Under the pieces are notes generated by a model, which saw nothing but the letters and a program-made list of their open reading frames with translations, did no database searches and was not told the DNA's origin. A stretch of 59,516 bases of DNA, the filler included, from Asterionella formosa (taxonomy: Eukaryota): assembly GCA_002256025.1 (NCBI GenBank). It is 7 parts of 7 records of this genome, joined end to end, with 100 filler letters (N's around TTAATTAATTAA, not from the genome) between each part and the next. Parts side by side here need not be neighbours in the genome. Positions count along the whole stretch, not along the records: positions 1 to 8,423 come from NKIB01012209.1; positions 8,524 to 16,943 come from NKIB01012215.1; 5 more parts are not named here. One strand, written 5' to 3'. Both the position numbers and the translations under genes were made by a program. Positions 1 to 10,843 of this stretch are shown piece after piece (the stretch's first letter is position 1; every line of letters begins with the position of its first letter).

Positions 1-161
1 TTATTTGTTAATCCTTGTGTGTAACTCGTTCTCCAAGTCGACACCAAAGTATACAATGAGGGTTAGTCGAGTTCTCTCATTATTGAGTTCTGATACATAT
101 ATGATATAACACTAACCCTATATACATCTGTATTGATGCGCAAGATCGCTCACCAGGTACC
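1..161. repeat. Diverged copy of the ~160-bp repeat at 6301-6459 (probable small non-autonomous element, cut by the contig start)
   Basis: Co-linear similarity with 6301-6459 (e.g. gttagtcg-gttctctcattattga; gctcaccaggtacc), seen by eye. Confidence 0.75.
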
Positions 162-300
162 TTGTCCAGGGTACGTACCGGGGACCAGGTGTACCTGATA
201 AATATTGTAAATTTTATTTGTCTTATCATCGAATCAGCATGCCGGTACCTCGTACCAATAATAGTATACATTTATTAACCATCTCAACTCTTTAATCGCC

Positions 301-3300
301 ATGGAAACGGATAGCAAACGCATCCTGGCGGTGTCCATCTTCACTCCAAAGTTGGCAGCACCCATCTTTGGTAGAAGGATGAGACTCTACCATGTAATTT
401 TTGCGCTTGTCTACTTGTACCAATTGTATTGGGTAAGCAGCACCATCGGCCTGCCGTATCGGCAATTCTTGGAAAAGGCGGATCGAGAAGGATTTGCCGG
501 TAAGAATAAGGAATCTCTCGGTTTGGAATATGGAAATTAATCCAATGCGATCGTGGCTTACCCTGTCACATATTACTTTTTCTAACACTCCCCGTGCAAC
601 GAATTCATTGCTCTCCATTATAGTCATGGAAGGAGTCACCAAAATGAGAGCCCAGCTTGAGCACTCCTTGAGTGATATTAACGACCCGAACCGTGTCAAG
701 GGCAAGATGGGATGGTTTGACTGGATGGATTTGGATATTGAGGAAGCGGCAGCCAGGAAAAAGAAAGACAAGGAAAAGACCGTGCTAGATTCTCTGCCAA
801 AAAAGATGAGAGTCCCCAACAAGTACGCGCCAGCCTTTGTGCCGTCACTCATAACAGGAATCATCATGATCTTGCACTTATTGATTATGCTCATGCAGCA
901 CTGGAGTGTTGGATTTAATACGTGGATTAACTTTAAGGAGGTGAATGCGACGCTTGTAGAGGTTCCAGACAGCATGATGGAAGTTCATGGCGACGAGACA
1001 GAAGAAAAAACAAACAGTTATTTGTGTCAGAATGTTCCCAATCACTTGCCCACGCATGCAAGGGTTGTCCCTGCCAAAGGCCGGGATATATTGGTCCAAC
1101 TAGAGTACTTTCCTACTTTAGGTATGACATTTGAGTACCATCGCAGGAGATATGTGTGGGACGCAGACAATGAAGTTTGGACCAAGATTAGGTGTCGCAC
1201 CAACATACCGTTGGAATTTTTCAGGACATGGACGGGCTTTAAGGAAGCGAGTCAGCTGTTGGGAGCTTCCATCCGTTACGGCCCCAACAAATTTCAAGTA
1301 AAGCAGCCGACCTTTTCGGAAATGTACAAAGCACAGCTTCTCAGTCCTTTCACCGTCTTTCAACTCTTCTGTGTCGTATTGTGGATGTTGGATGACTATT
1401 GGCAGTATTCCTTTTTTACTCTGTTTATGATTTTGATGTTTGAAGGCACCGTTGTCTTCCAACGACTCAAGTCTCTTCAAGCTCTTAGTGGTATGGGAAA
1501 CAAGTCAAAGCTGGTGTGGGTTCATCGCATCGGAAAATGGCAGCAAGTCGACTCGACAGATTTACTTCCAGGTGATTTGTTTAGCCTTGTTCGTGTGAAA
1601 CCACGCTTCACGAAGAACGAGGAGAATAAAGTCACCAGAAATATTCAAGATGACGGCGGTGACGTAGTTCCTGCAGACCTATTGCTCTTGAGGGGATCGA
1701 CAGTTGCCAACGAAGCAAGTTTAACGGGAGAGTCAGTGCCTCAAATGAAAGAAGGCCTTCAAGACTTCACTTCTGGTGAAAATTTGGCAATGAAAACTAC
1801 GCACAAGTCTCATATTTTGTATGCTGGATGTCAAATGATGCAGTGCAAGCTTGATGAGACTGACTTGTCCTATGGTGACGTTCCATTTCCTCCAGATGGT
1901 GGCTGTTTGTGTTTTGTTTTGCGAACAGGATTTTCATCGGCGCAAGGAAAACTTGTGCGAATGATTGAAGGATCGCAAGAAAAAGTCAAGGGATACGAGC
2001 GAGAAACTGGGCTCTTATTGCTTCTCTTGTTCTTTTTCGCAGTTGCATCTTCGTCTTACGTCTTGTACCATGGACTTCAAAACGACAACAGAAGTCAGTA
2101 CGAATTGTTGCTTCATTGCATCTTGATTATTACATCCGTAATCCCGCCTGAGCTTCCAATGCAAACGGCCTTACAGGTGAACAAGAGTTTGATGACGTTG
2201 ATGAAACTGAATATTTTCTGCACGGAGCCTTTTCGCGTTCCAATTGCTGGAAAGCTCGACTCGTGCTTGTTCGACAAGACAGGTACATTGACCACAGATG
2301 AGCTGGTCGCTGTTGGAGTCTGTGAACCAAGTCACCTTTGTATCAAGCTAGGTGTTGACGAAAACTTATTGACTCCCATGACTAAACTCAATGGAGAAGC
2401 TGCCATGGTTTTGGCCGGCTGCCATTCATTGGTGTATATAGACGAGGAAACCACTGGAGATCCTCTGGAAAGCGCAGCTTTGAAATCTATGAGATGGTGC
2501 TTGTCAAGCACCAGCGAAAATGCTGTCCCAGCACCTGCAACAGAGAAGAAGGAAGGTGGAAAGATTATTAACCTTAGAATGGGAGGAACCGTATCGGAAG
2601 TGGAAATTATTACACGACACCACTTTTCGTCCAAATTGCAACGTATGTCATGCGTGGTTAGATCGGTCCAAGGCAAGAAGTACTTCTCTGTTGCAAAAGG
2701 GTCGCCTGAAGCAATTGGGAATATGCTTGCCTCAAGGCCTGAAGGTTTCGAGGAAAAGGCAAGACACCTTGCTAAGGAGGGTTATCGTGTTATTGGACTA
2801 GCTATCAAGCCCCTTGATTCAGATGAGGCCGTTGTTGCTGCCAAGGACTCGCGGGCTGCATGTGAAGGAGACATGGTTTTTGCCGGTTTCATTGCGTTTA
2901 CGTGTCGTGTGCGAAAGGACACTGCAATGGTATTGCAGCGTTTGAAAGAGGGCGGTATGAGCGTCGCAATGGTGACTGGAGATGCTATATTGACTGCCAT
3001 TCACGTTGCGAAAGAAGTCTCGATATGTGAACCGATCGGTGGAGATGATGTCAACGAAGATCCATACGCCAGCGAAACGAACAAAGAATTGAAAGATCTG
3101 CTCGAATCGAAACGGGGTGGGGTTGTAGATAAGAAGCGAAAGGCTGCCAAACAATACAAACCGATTCTAATTTTGGAGATAGAAAGTGATGGCTCAATGT
3201 TCTGGCAAAGCTACGAAAATGAGTCAAAGGTCAAGGACTTCGTTGCGAAGGATATTCCTGGATTGTCAAAGTCTTACGATCTCGCAACCTCCGGATCATC

Positions 3301-5062
3301 ATTGGCAGCCGCTTTTGAATATGATGCAATGACAAAGACTTTCTTAAGTCATTTCAAAGTGTTTGCCAGAATGTCGCCAGATGCAAAAGAAACAGTGATT
3401 GAATGTCTCCATTCAGTTGGAGCTCTTTGCCTAATGTGCGGGGACGGTGCAAACGACGTTGGGGCTCTGAAACAAGCTGACGTTGGAGTCGCTCTTTTGA
3501 CGGGCTTTGGAGATCTAAATGTTGATAGAGGCGAAGACGGAGAAAAGAAGGACCAGAAAGAAAAGGATGATGGAGTTCGAGCAATCATGAGTCAAGAGCA
3601 CTTGAACGAGATTAGGTCTCTTCCGGTTTTCCTTATCAAAGCAAAAATTCGTTCTCTCGGCACGGATCCAGACAAATATCCCGATCTTGTTGAAAAGGAA
3701 GATCTTATCAAGCTGTACCAGATCAAGTCTAGAGAAGCTGCTGTCAAACGTCATGAACAGAAAAATGCTCTGGCTGAAATGAACATGACAAAACAAGAAC
3801 GAGCTGCGAAGAGTAGAGCAGATGCTGCCGAAAAGCAACGACAGATGCTACAACGTGTTGCTGAATTGGAAGCACAAGGAGACACGTGGGCTACAATTAC
3901 AGCTATGAAGGAGTTTTATAATAAGGAGATGGAGGATGCCAAGAAGCGAAATGTCAATCTCAAAGTTAATGGAATTGAAGGATCCGCTGCTGCTCTGGCT
4001 ACTCAATTTGATGAGGCAGATAGTCGTGAGCTTCCAATGGTTAAAATTGGAGATGCTAGTATTGCGGCTCCCTTCACAAGCAAGATGCCCAGTATTAGAA
4101 GTTGTGTCGACATCATTCGTCAAGGTAGATGCACCCTGGTTTCGAGTATGCAAATGTACCAGATCCTTGCTCTGAATTGCTTGATCAGTTCTTATTCCTT
4201 ATCAGTCCTTTACCTGGATGGAGTTAAATACGGTGATACTCAGATGACAGCGATGGGTTTGCTTGGTTCCATTTCTTTCATGTCTGTATCTAGATCACAA
4301 CCCCTCGACAGATTGTCAGCAGTTCGCCCGCTGACTTCCATTTTTCATCCTGCCATGTTCCTCAGTCTACTCGGCCAATTCAGCATTCACATGACCACCA
4401 TGGTGTTAGCCGTGCGAAGCGCCAAGGCTCTATTGGCCGACGACCACAAAGTAGATCTTGACGGTACCTTCAAGCCTGGACTTCTCAACACTGTCGTATT
4501 TCTGGTCAGTAATGTTCAGCAAGTTACCGTCTTTGTCGTCAATTTGCAAGGCCGACCCTTTATGACTGGTCTCACGGAGAATCGACCATTGCTTTGGAGT
4601 TTGCTTGCCACCTTTATTTTGACATTTATGTTTGCGAGCGAAACTGTACCCAAGCTCAACAAGTACTTTCAGCTCGTTCCGTTCCCAGACGAGGTGTTCA
4701 GAGATTGGATTCTGAAGATTCTTGTGATTGATGTGGCTGGGTCGTTCCTGCTGGATCGCTTGTTAAAATTCATTTTTTGCCCTCATATTCTTTTGGCGAG
4801 TGTCAAGGGAACCACTTTGAGGGACGTCTTGGGCGTTGTCAGGACGTTTGTAGTCATTGGGTTTTTTATGTATGCGTTCCTAGGCAATGAGGATCAATGG
4901 GATCAGTTGATGATGAGCGAAGGCCGTTTCGAAGAGCTCGGAATAAATGTGACAGACATGAATATGACAAACGCTACTGTGGAGTCAGTAATCAAAAATA
5001 TGGCCGCAGCTGTTGACGCAGTTGTTTCTGCTGCTGGCGACGGCGCGGCAGATGAGTTTTGA
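301..5062 (+). CDS. P5A-type ATPase (ATP13A1/Spf1-like ER transmembrane-helix dislocase); exon 1 301-499, intron 500-623, exon 2 624-5062
   Basis: Motifs LTGES, PPELP (P5 TM4), DKTGTLT, KGSPE, TGD and GDGANDVGALKQA, plus KIGDASIAAPFTSK typical of P5A. The GTAAGA...TAG intron joins ORF 301 in frame to the long ORF (FA-V-MEG). Confidence 0.93.
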
Positions 5063-6252
5063 GCTATAACACTTCATGGGACATGAGTTACATCATGTGC
5101 ATCAAGATCATACGTATAACAATAACATGAGCTACATTGCATTTCTTTAAATATTGTCAATGGATGGCGAAAAGGAATAAAATTGTGCTGATTCTTCGCT
5201 GCTACTGCATTGATTGGTTTAGCTTCGTGGATTTCAAGACAGTAAGCGGGGTGGATAAAGTACTATGAAAGTGAAACAGTTTGGTTGGTTTGTTATTTAG
5301 GCTTCGTGAAACACAGAAGGAATGTGATGAAGTGATGCGATTATGGAGGTTCAAGGGATATCAACGCATGGACAAACAAACTTAGCGTAGCGTGACATCT
5401 TGTGTTTACTGTTTGGGGCTGACTCCATTCAGGCGTACCGGTACCTCGAGGTCATCGAGCCCAGAATTATCCCAATAATTCCATCCTACACCCTTGACAG
5501 TGGAATAGGCTAACGTGGCAGGTAGTAATGATCCCGTCACTCATGAGGTCCCAGCAGCCGCACCAGCATAACTGGCACCAGCAACTGGAAAGTACGGTTA
5601 AAAGCAAGTAGTATTCGACCCCACGTAAAGGCAGTTGGTGCCTTCCTTAAATGCCTCGAGATGTCGGCCTGAATTAGCTGGGTTTAGCGCAGCGTCGACT
5701 CCAACGTACATCGTCACTCGTGAAGATGAACAGAAAAGTATGGGCAAAAAAGGCAGCAGGAGACTCGGCAAAGCACAAAGGGCGGCCAAGGGCCTTGGTG
5801 AAAATTGCTTGGGAGCTGCAATCAGTAGCTGCAAAATTGCATGGTGAGGATCCATATAGCCACATGCTCCACTAACGTGGAGGATACTTAATCGGAACCC
5901 CGCTTACAGGTACAAAAGGGGGTGCCCATGGCAAGCAACAGGCCTGCCCCGTGTCCACTGGATTCCTAGTTGACAAAGCGCGCTTCCTGAGAAGGGAACG
6001 AGGAGAAAGGATTCGGGTCGCCATCGAGAATTGTTTTAATCTCGAATTATATTATTGTGGACTGAATTTGAATTGACCATGTCACTATCGCATATAGGCA
6101 GGCACGTGGTCAAAAAATACATGTCAGAAGTCGTGCCTCACCATAATTATATCCCGGTATAATATGATGTGGCATGCATCAATTTTTTTTATAATTTTTC
6201 GTTTACTACTTCATATGCTTTTCATTCATTCGACTACCTGGTACCTGGTACC

Positions 6253-6459
6253 AGGTGGAGTATCTAACTAGAAGTAGTAGTATTTATTGAATATATGAGC
6301 TTATAAATTAATCCTTATGTACAACTCATTTCCTGAACTGTCATCAAAGTATAGAATGGATGTTAGTCGGGTTCTCTCATTATTGAATTCCGATGTATTT
6401 GATATAACCCTAACTCTATATATATCTGTATCGATGTGCAGGATTGCTCACCAGGTACC
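6253..6459. mobile_element. Putative MITE-like element in a GGTACC-rich site; related to 1-161
   Basis: Imperfect ends GGTGGAGTATCT ... AGGATTGCTCACC, flanked on both sides by (CC)TGGTACC/AGGTACC; second copy at the window start. Confidence 0.45.
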
Positions 6460-7009
6460 TGGTACCATACCGAAACCGATACTATCTGCTCGCTTGCTGT
6501 TGACCCAACGTTCTACAGTATGTATTGTGGAAACACATCAAAACCGAAACGGAGGCATAGTCAGTCACACTTCGTCACTTAGCTACCGGTGCACTCATTA
6601 AAAATTCTACGAGTATGAAACATGACGTAGAAAGAGTACTAAAGGTAACATGCTACCGGTAGGCTTGTCTGGCCACATTCAAGCAGTTATAAAGATGACT
6701 GAGTCGGGACCAGGGAATCTCGATTCTTGAAACAGAAACGCACAAAAAGATATTTTTATGTATTCATGGTACACATACGGTAGGAGTATGACGAAAAGTG
6801 ATCCGTCAACGTAATCGAGTATTAAATAGAATAAGCTTGAGAGTTGAACGGGAGAAGTAAAATTAATCGTTTTATCTCCCAAATCAGCCATTAGTCATGA
6901 TTCATGATCAAATTGAGTTTAGTCATGAACAATCTTCACGCATATATAAATAACTTAATGCAGGTATTGTATCACGAAACTAAAAACCCCTAAACCTTCA
7001 TTAATCAGC

Positions 7010-8423
7010 ATGAAAAACGAAAAGCAAATTGAAGGCGTGCGAGATGAGGAGCGTGATGGAGGACATGATAAAAGTCCTTCACCGGTGGCACCACCACCAC
7101 CACCATTTGCTATCGAGCAGAGATTTTCGTCGTTTCGTCAACCCGATGACAGCATTTCTCAGCAACCTACCAAGGAACCAAAGAGCAATGTAGCAGCACT
7201 ATCTAAGGCTTGGCAAACTGATGATGAAGAGGCTCATCACGAAGCGAATTACACTTTTCTTCCCTGCTCTTCCTATGCGCAGAACAGAGTAATTGAAGTT
7301 GAAGGCGGCGACAGCTCCTTTCTCGCCGAGAAACTCAAACACGCGAATAGAAGTGTCACCTTTCGTAGCAAAGGCCTCGCCCAGAATTTGCAGAGGCAGA
7401 CTTGGACGACGAAAGACCTAGAGTAGTTGAACTCGGTGCCAAAAAATCTTGATATGAGATGGAGGAAAGATCCAGCGTGAAATCCTCTAAAACAAGGACA
7501 ATGACGCTACCAGTGATTGAAGCGAAACCAGGGGCGAAACCTTGTGCATCGCGAAACGAAGGAAGTCAGCCTGGAGCATTTCATCAAAATCCTTTCAAAA
7601 CGAGAGACGACATTCTGCCAGTCACAGAGGGTTCCGGATCACTTGAGATGGAGAGTACTCCAACCACTCCCCCTGCTGGTGGAGACGACTTCTTTCTACT
7701 TGAAGCCCAGATTGTTGAACAGTCCGACCTTGTCGAAGCGTATGCCGTAAAGGAAGAAACAACAGCTACTCTGGAAATGGCTTCGGCCACGACAGGCAGA
7801 AAAAGGTGGAAGATATACATTTTTCTTGTTGTCGTGATCGTGGCTGTTGTTGCCAGCGTGGTTGTTACCAAGCGAAAGAAACGGGGTGAGCCAATCACAA
7901 CAGAAGTCCTGGTAACTACCGCACCCAGCCCATCACCAACATTGTCTCCAACTCAAAAACCTTGGTTGCAAGTTGGTCAGTCTGTGGAGGGAGCAGCGCC
8001 ATATGATTTGTTCGGATACTCAGTATCTCTTTCGAGCAACGGAACCATAAAGGCTGCTAGAGCTCTGACGAAGTTGCGTGACGCAAATCTGCTGCCCCAA
8101 AACAAATCCGAACCAGGATATGTCCAATCGTTTCAATTCAACAGCGGCCAATGGAAAGAACTTGGAACCAAGATTTTGGGGTCTACAGCAGGGGGCGGAT
8201 TTGGCTCTGCTGTGGCTCTTTCAAGCGATGGACTCACTTTGGCTGCTGCAGGTGATGCTGACACAGAAGCTGGAGTCATCCCAGATAACATCGATACCGG
8301 CTACGTCCGAGTGTTCCGTTTCGTTGGATCTGATTGGCAACAAGTTGGTCAAGATTTGAAAGGAACAACTGCTAATGACTTGTTCGGCAAATCATTGGCA
8401 CTTTCGGGAGATGGAAGCATTGT
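7010..8423 (+). pseudogene. Single-pass membrane protein with FG-GAP/integrin-alpha-like propeller repeats; 5' part disrupted, 3' end cut by the gap
   Basis: ORF 7459 has a QPGAF motif, a TM segment (IYIFLVVVIVAVVASVVV), a PS/PT linker and repeats of the form WxQVGQxxxG...FGxSVxLSxDG. ORF 7010 is out of frame, and an in-frame TGA at 7450-7452 lies just before ATG 7459. It could instead be an intact gene starting at 7459. Confidence 0.65.
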
Positions 8424-8523
8424 NNNNNNNNNNNNNNNNNNNNNNNNNNNNNNNNNNNNNNNNNNNNTTAATTAATTAANNNNNNNNNNNNNNNNNNNNN
8501 NNNNNNNNNNNNNNNNNNNNNNN
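8424..8523. other. Artificial contig-joining spacer (N44-TTAATTAATTAA-N44); same spacer at 16944-17043, 25461-25560, 33977-34076, 42493-42592 and 51006-51105
   Basis: Identical 100-bp spacer with stops in all six frames; flanking contig lengths decrease monotonically. Confidence 0.97.
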
Positions 8524-9155
8524 GGACCCCCCCTATGGTTGCTGGACCCCCCTGTACATTTTTCTCGAGGTGGAACCAAACACCCAATAATTTTCTTGTC
8601 ATAGACAAAGTAACGTGCTATAATTCTTTTTGTCCTCGTAGGCACTAGTATGTAATAATTTAGCTACCATTTTGCGATTCTTTTGTACATACAAAACACA
8701 AGAGACGACAGGTAGTGGCTGTGAGCAGCTGGAGAATCCTTCATGATGTTGTCGCAACCTTGACCATGACGAAAATACGAATTATCTCCACGAAAATAGA
8801 GAACGACGCTTTGCTACTTGCTACCTGTATTAAGAATAACATGGAAAATACAATCGTAAAAGAAGTAAAGTAATAACACTAATAATGACAACGAAAATTG
8901 AGATCGCCGATAACAACATGAAGTCGCGTTTTTCTTGCGAGGTGAAGAACTCTCTCATTTTTGACAAGACGGAAATAATTGTCATATTAATACATCTTAG
9001 AAAAATGTGCGCTATCATGTAGAGCTAAAGAAACTTACTTAGGTCCATTATAAGGGAAATCTCTTCATTGTCCTGGGCCCCCCCCTTAAGTAAAATCAGT
9101 CAAATTCAGTCACGGCAGTGTACATTGGGGGGTCCAGGACAATGAAGTATACGGG
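8524..9155. mobile_element. Non-autonomous DNA transposon (MITE) with GGACCCCCC repeats and a hairpin-containing right end finishing in TATACGGG
   Basis: Left end GGACCCCCC..GGACCCCCCTGTACA; right end CTTCATTGTCCTGGGCCCCCC...GGGGGGTCCAGGACAATGAAG inverted repeat (9063-9147); same architecture at 17124-17202. Confidence 0.6.
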
Positions 9156-9661
9156 TTAGGTATTTTGATTCAGTGTATGTAGCCATGATGATGTAATTTT
9201 TTCAAATCATGAAGATTGTTGCCTAGTACCGGTACATACTTTTCTATTTGCACATGAATATATTTTTTCCACCCAAACCGCGATTATTTTTACTCCTCCG
9301 TTTATTCTTACTACAGAAGTTCTTTTCGTATTACTTTACCTCTTATGCGCGATACAGTAAGGTTTTTGCGCTTGCATCATCACCGAACCCTTCTGCCGTA
9401 TGGGGTACCTATTCGAAAAAAAAGCACAATGACGCCGTACCCACATTAAATTATACTAAATTAATTCTATCAGAAGAATATTATTATTCTTGTACACTTA
9501 TACCGGTACACGTTTAAAAAGGCGATGCTAGGACAATAGAGTAAACGAGAAAATACCAGAGTAGCATCAATTTTTCGAAATTTCGCGTTGACAGCAACCT
9601 TTGGGCCGTAATAGCTAGTAGTAAGATCTTAACAGAATTTTAAATTGTATATTGTTAGCAA

Positions 9662-10843
9662 TCACTCGGTAAGCATTTCAAAAAAGGTCCCTAGTGATTC
9701 GTCATTGAGCAAAGAGCTCAATGCTTTATTGGAAGGCTTTGCGTCCACTGGCATCGTACAAAGTGCCGAGAGGATGGCATCGAATTCACCATCTGGATAT
9801 CGTCTCGATGCCGCTGCTGGTATTTGAGAAGGAACAATCTGATGTTGTAATTGTGAAATCAATGGCTGTTGCTGCTGCGGCTGCTGTTGAGTCGCTTGGT
9901 GCATGGCGATCTGTTGTCTTATTGCATCGATTTGTGCTTGTTGTTGCTGGAGTAAGTTGGTCCAGTCAATCATGTTGGGCAAAGGAGGAAGTTGCTGCTG
10001 AACTTGCATCATTTGCGGAAGAGTGTAGACTTGAGTGAAGTCCTGGGACATGGATTGCTGCTGCTGCGGATAAACAAATGGTTGTGGTCCACGCGCCAAA
10101 GACATGCCATGAAGCTGTTGCTCCTGTTGCTCCTGCTGTTGATACAAGTTGCTCAGAGGAGTAGCATCGCTGCTCATGTTGGACCAGAGCGACGAGGGCG
10201 CCGAGACCGACGAGGAACGAAGCATCGTTTGCTCTTTGAATATTTCTTCCCCTCCCCCTTCCACCAAATCGATAGGAGGCATATCATAGAACTGCGGTTC
10301 CGTGTCCGGCGATGACGCCTTACGGACACCCGTTCCTTTAATCTTGAGGCGTTGAATGCGATGACAAAGAAATTTCTTGCCCCTGAGGAAGAGCTCGTGG
10401 TAGTACCCGCCCTTGTCTTTCCCCGATGTCAATCTCGAAAACCCGTACAGATTCAGCTGACGCTGAAAGGAGGCGAATTTGGTTTGACGAAAATAGGCGG
10501 GCATGACATTCTCACTAAAGCGCTTGGGATCGTGAACGACAAAGCACCGCCCATGAGATTGCCAACTAATGACACTGGCGAGACCGTCTGTTTCAATCTG
10601 ATCGAGCATTTCGTGGAGCTTCAACGGAAATGGTATTGTCACGCCGCACTTGACAGGAGTGTGACTGTCGAGGGACAAGAACTTGAGAGGGGGATTGCAG
10701 TACAACGCTGCGGCCACTTCCGTCGCATGATCGGTGTACTTGTGCTCGATTACGTTACTGTCCTGCTGCTGGATGTCAAGGGAGGCGTGCACGGTTGCTA
10801 AGGGCGAAATGGTGACGTTCTGTCCAAGGTTAAATGACATCAT
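9662..10843 (-). CDS. Heat shock transcription factor (HSF DNA-binding domain, Q-rich C-terminal region)
   Basis: PFPLKLHEML...ISWQSHGRCFVVH...YFRQTKFASFQRQLNLYGF...YYHELFLRG; first ATG at 10843; intronless. Confidence 0.93.
   Translation of the reverse strand: MMSFNLGQNVTISPLATVHASLDIQQQDSNVIEHKYTDHATEVAAALYCNPPLKFLSLDSHTPVKCGVTIPFPLKLHEMLDQIETDGLASVISWQSHGRCFVVHDPKRFSENVMPAYFRQTKFASFQRQLNLYGFSRLTSGKDKGGYYHELFLRGKKFLCHRIQRLKIKGTGVRKASSPDTEPQFYDMPPIDLVEGGGEEIFKEQTMLRSSSVSAPSSLWSNMSSDATPLSNLYQQQEQQEQQLHGMSLARGPQPFVYPQQQQSMSQDFTQVYTLPQMMQVQQQLPPLPNMIDWTNLLQQQQAQIDAIRQQIAMHQATQQQPQQQQPLISQLQHQIVPSQIPAAASRRYPDGEFDAILSALCTMPVDAKPSNKALSSLLNDESLGTFFEMLTE

Noticed and set aside
494..623. N-terminus of the 1522-aa ORF as listed in the ORF track
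   Set aside because: Non-ATG start that reads through an intron; the true start is 301
3520..4030. Charged helical insertion in the ATPase as a novel domain
   Set aside because: P5A ATPases normally carry a variable insertion after the GVALL motif
8468..8479. TTAATTAATTAA recurring every ~8.5 kb as a biological periodic repeat or piggyBac site
   Set aside because: Always centred in N runs; a synthetic six-frame-stop linker
9721..10801. Plus-strand ORFs overlapping the HSF, and similar antisense ORFs over the ATPase, MAPEG and LMBR1 genes
   Set aside because: Shadow ORFs of real genes with no recognisable motifs
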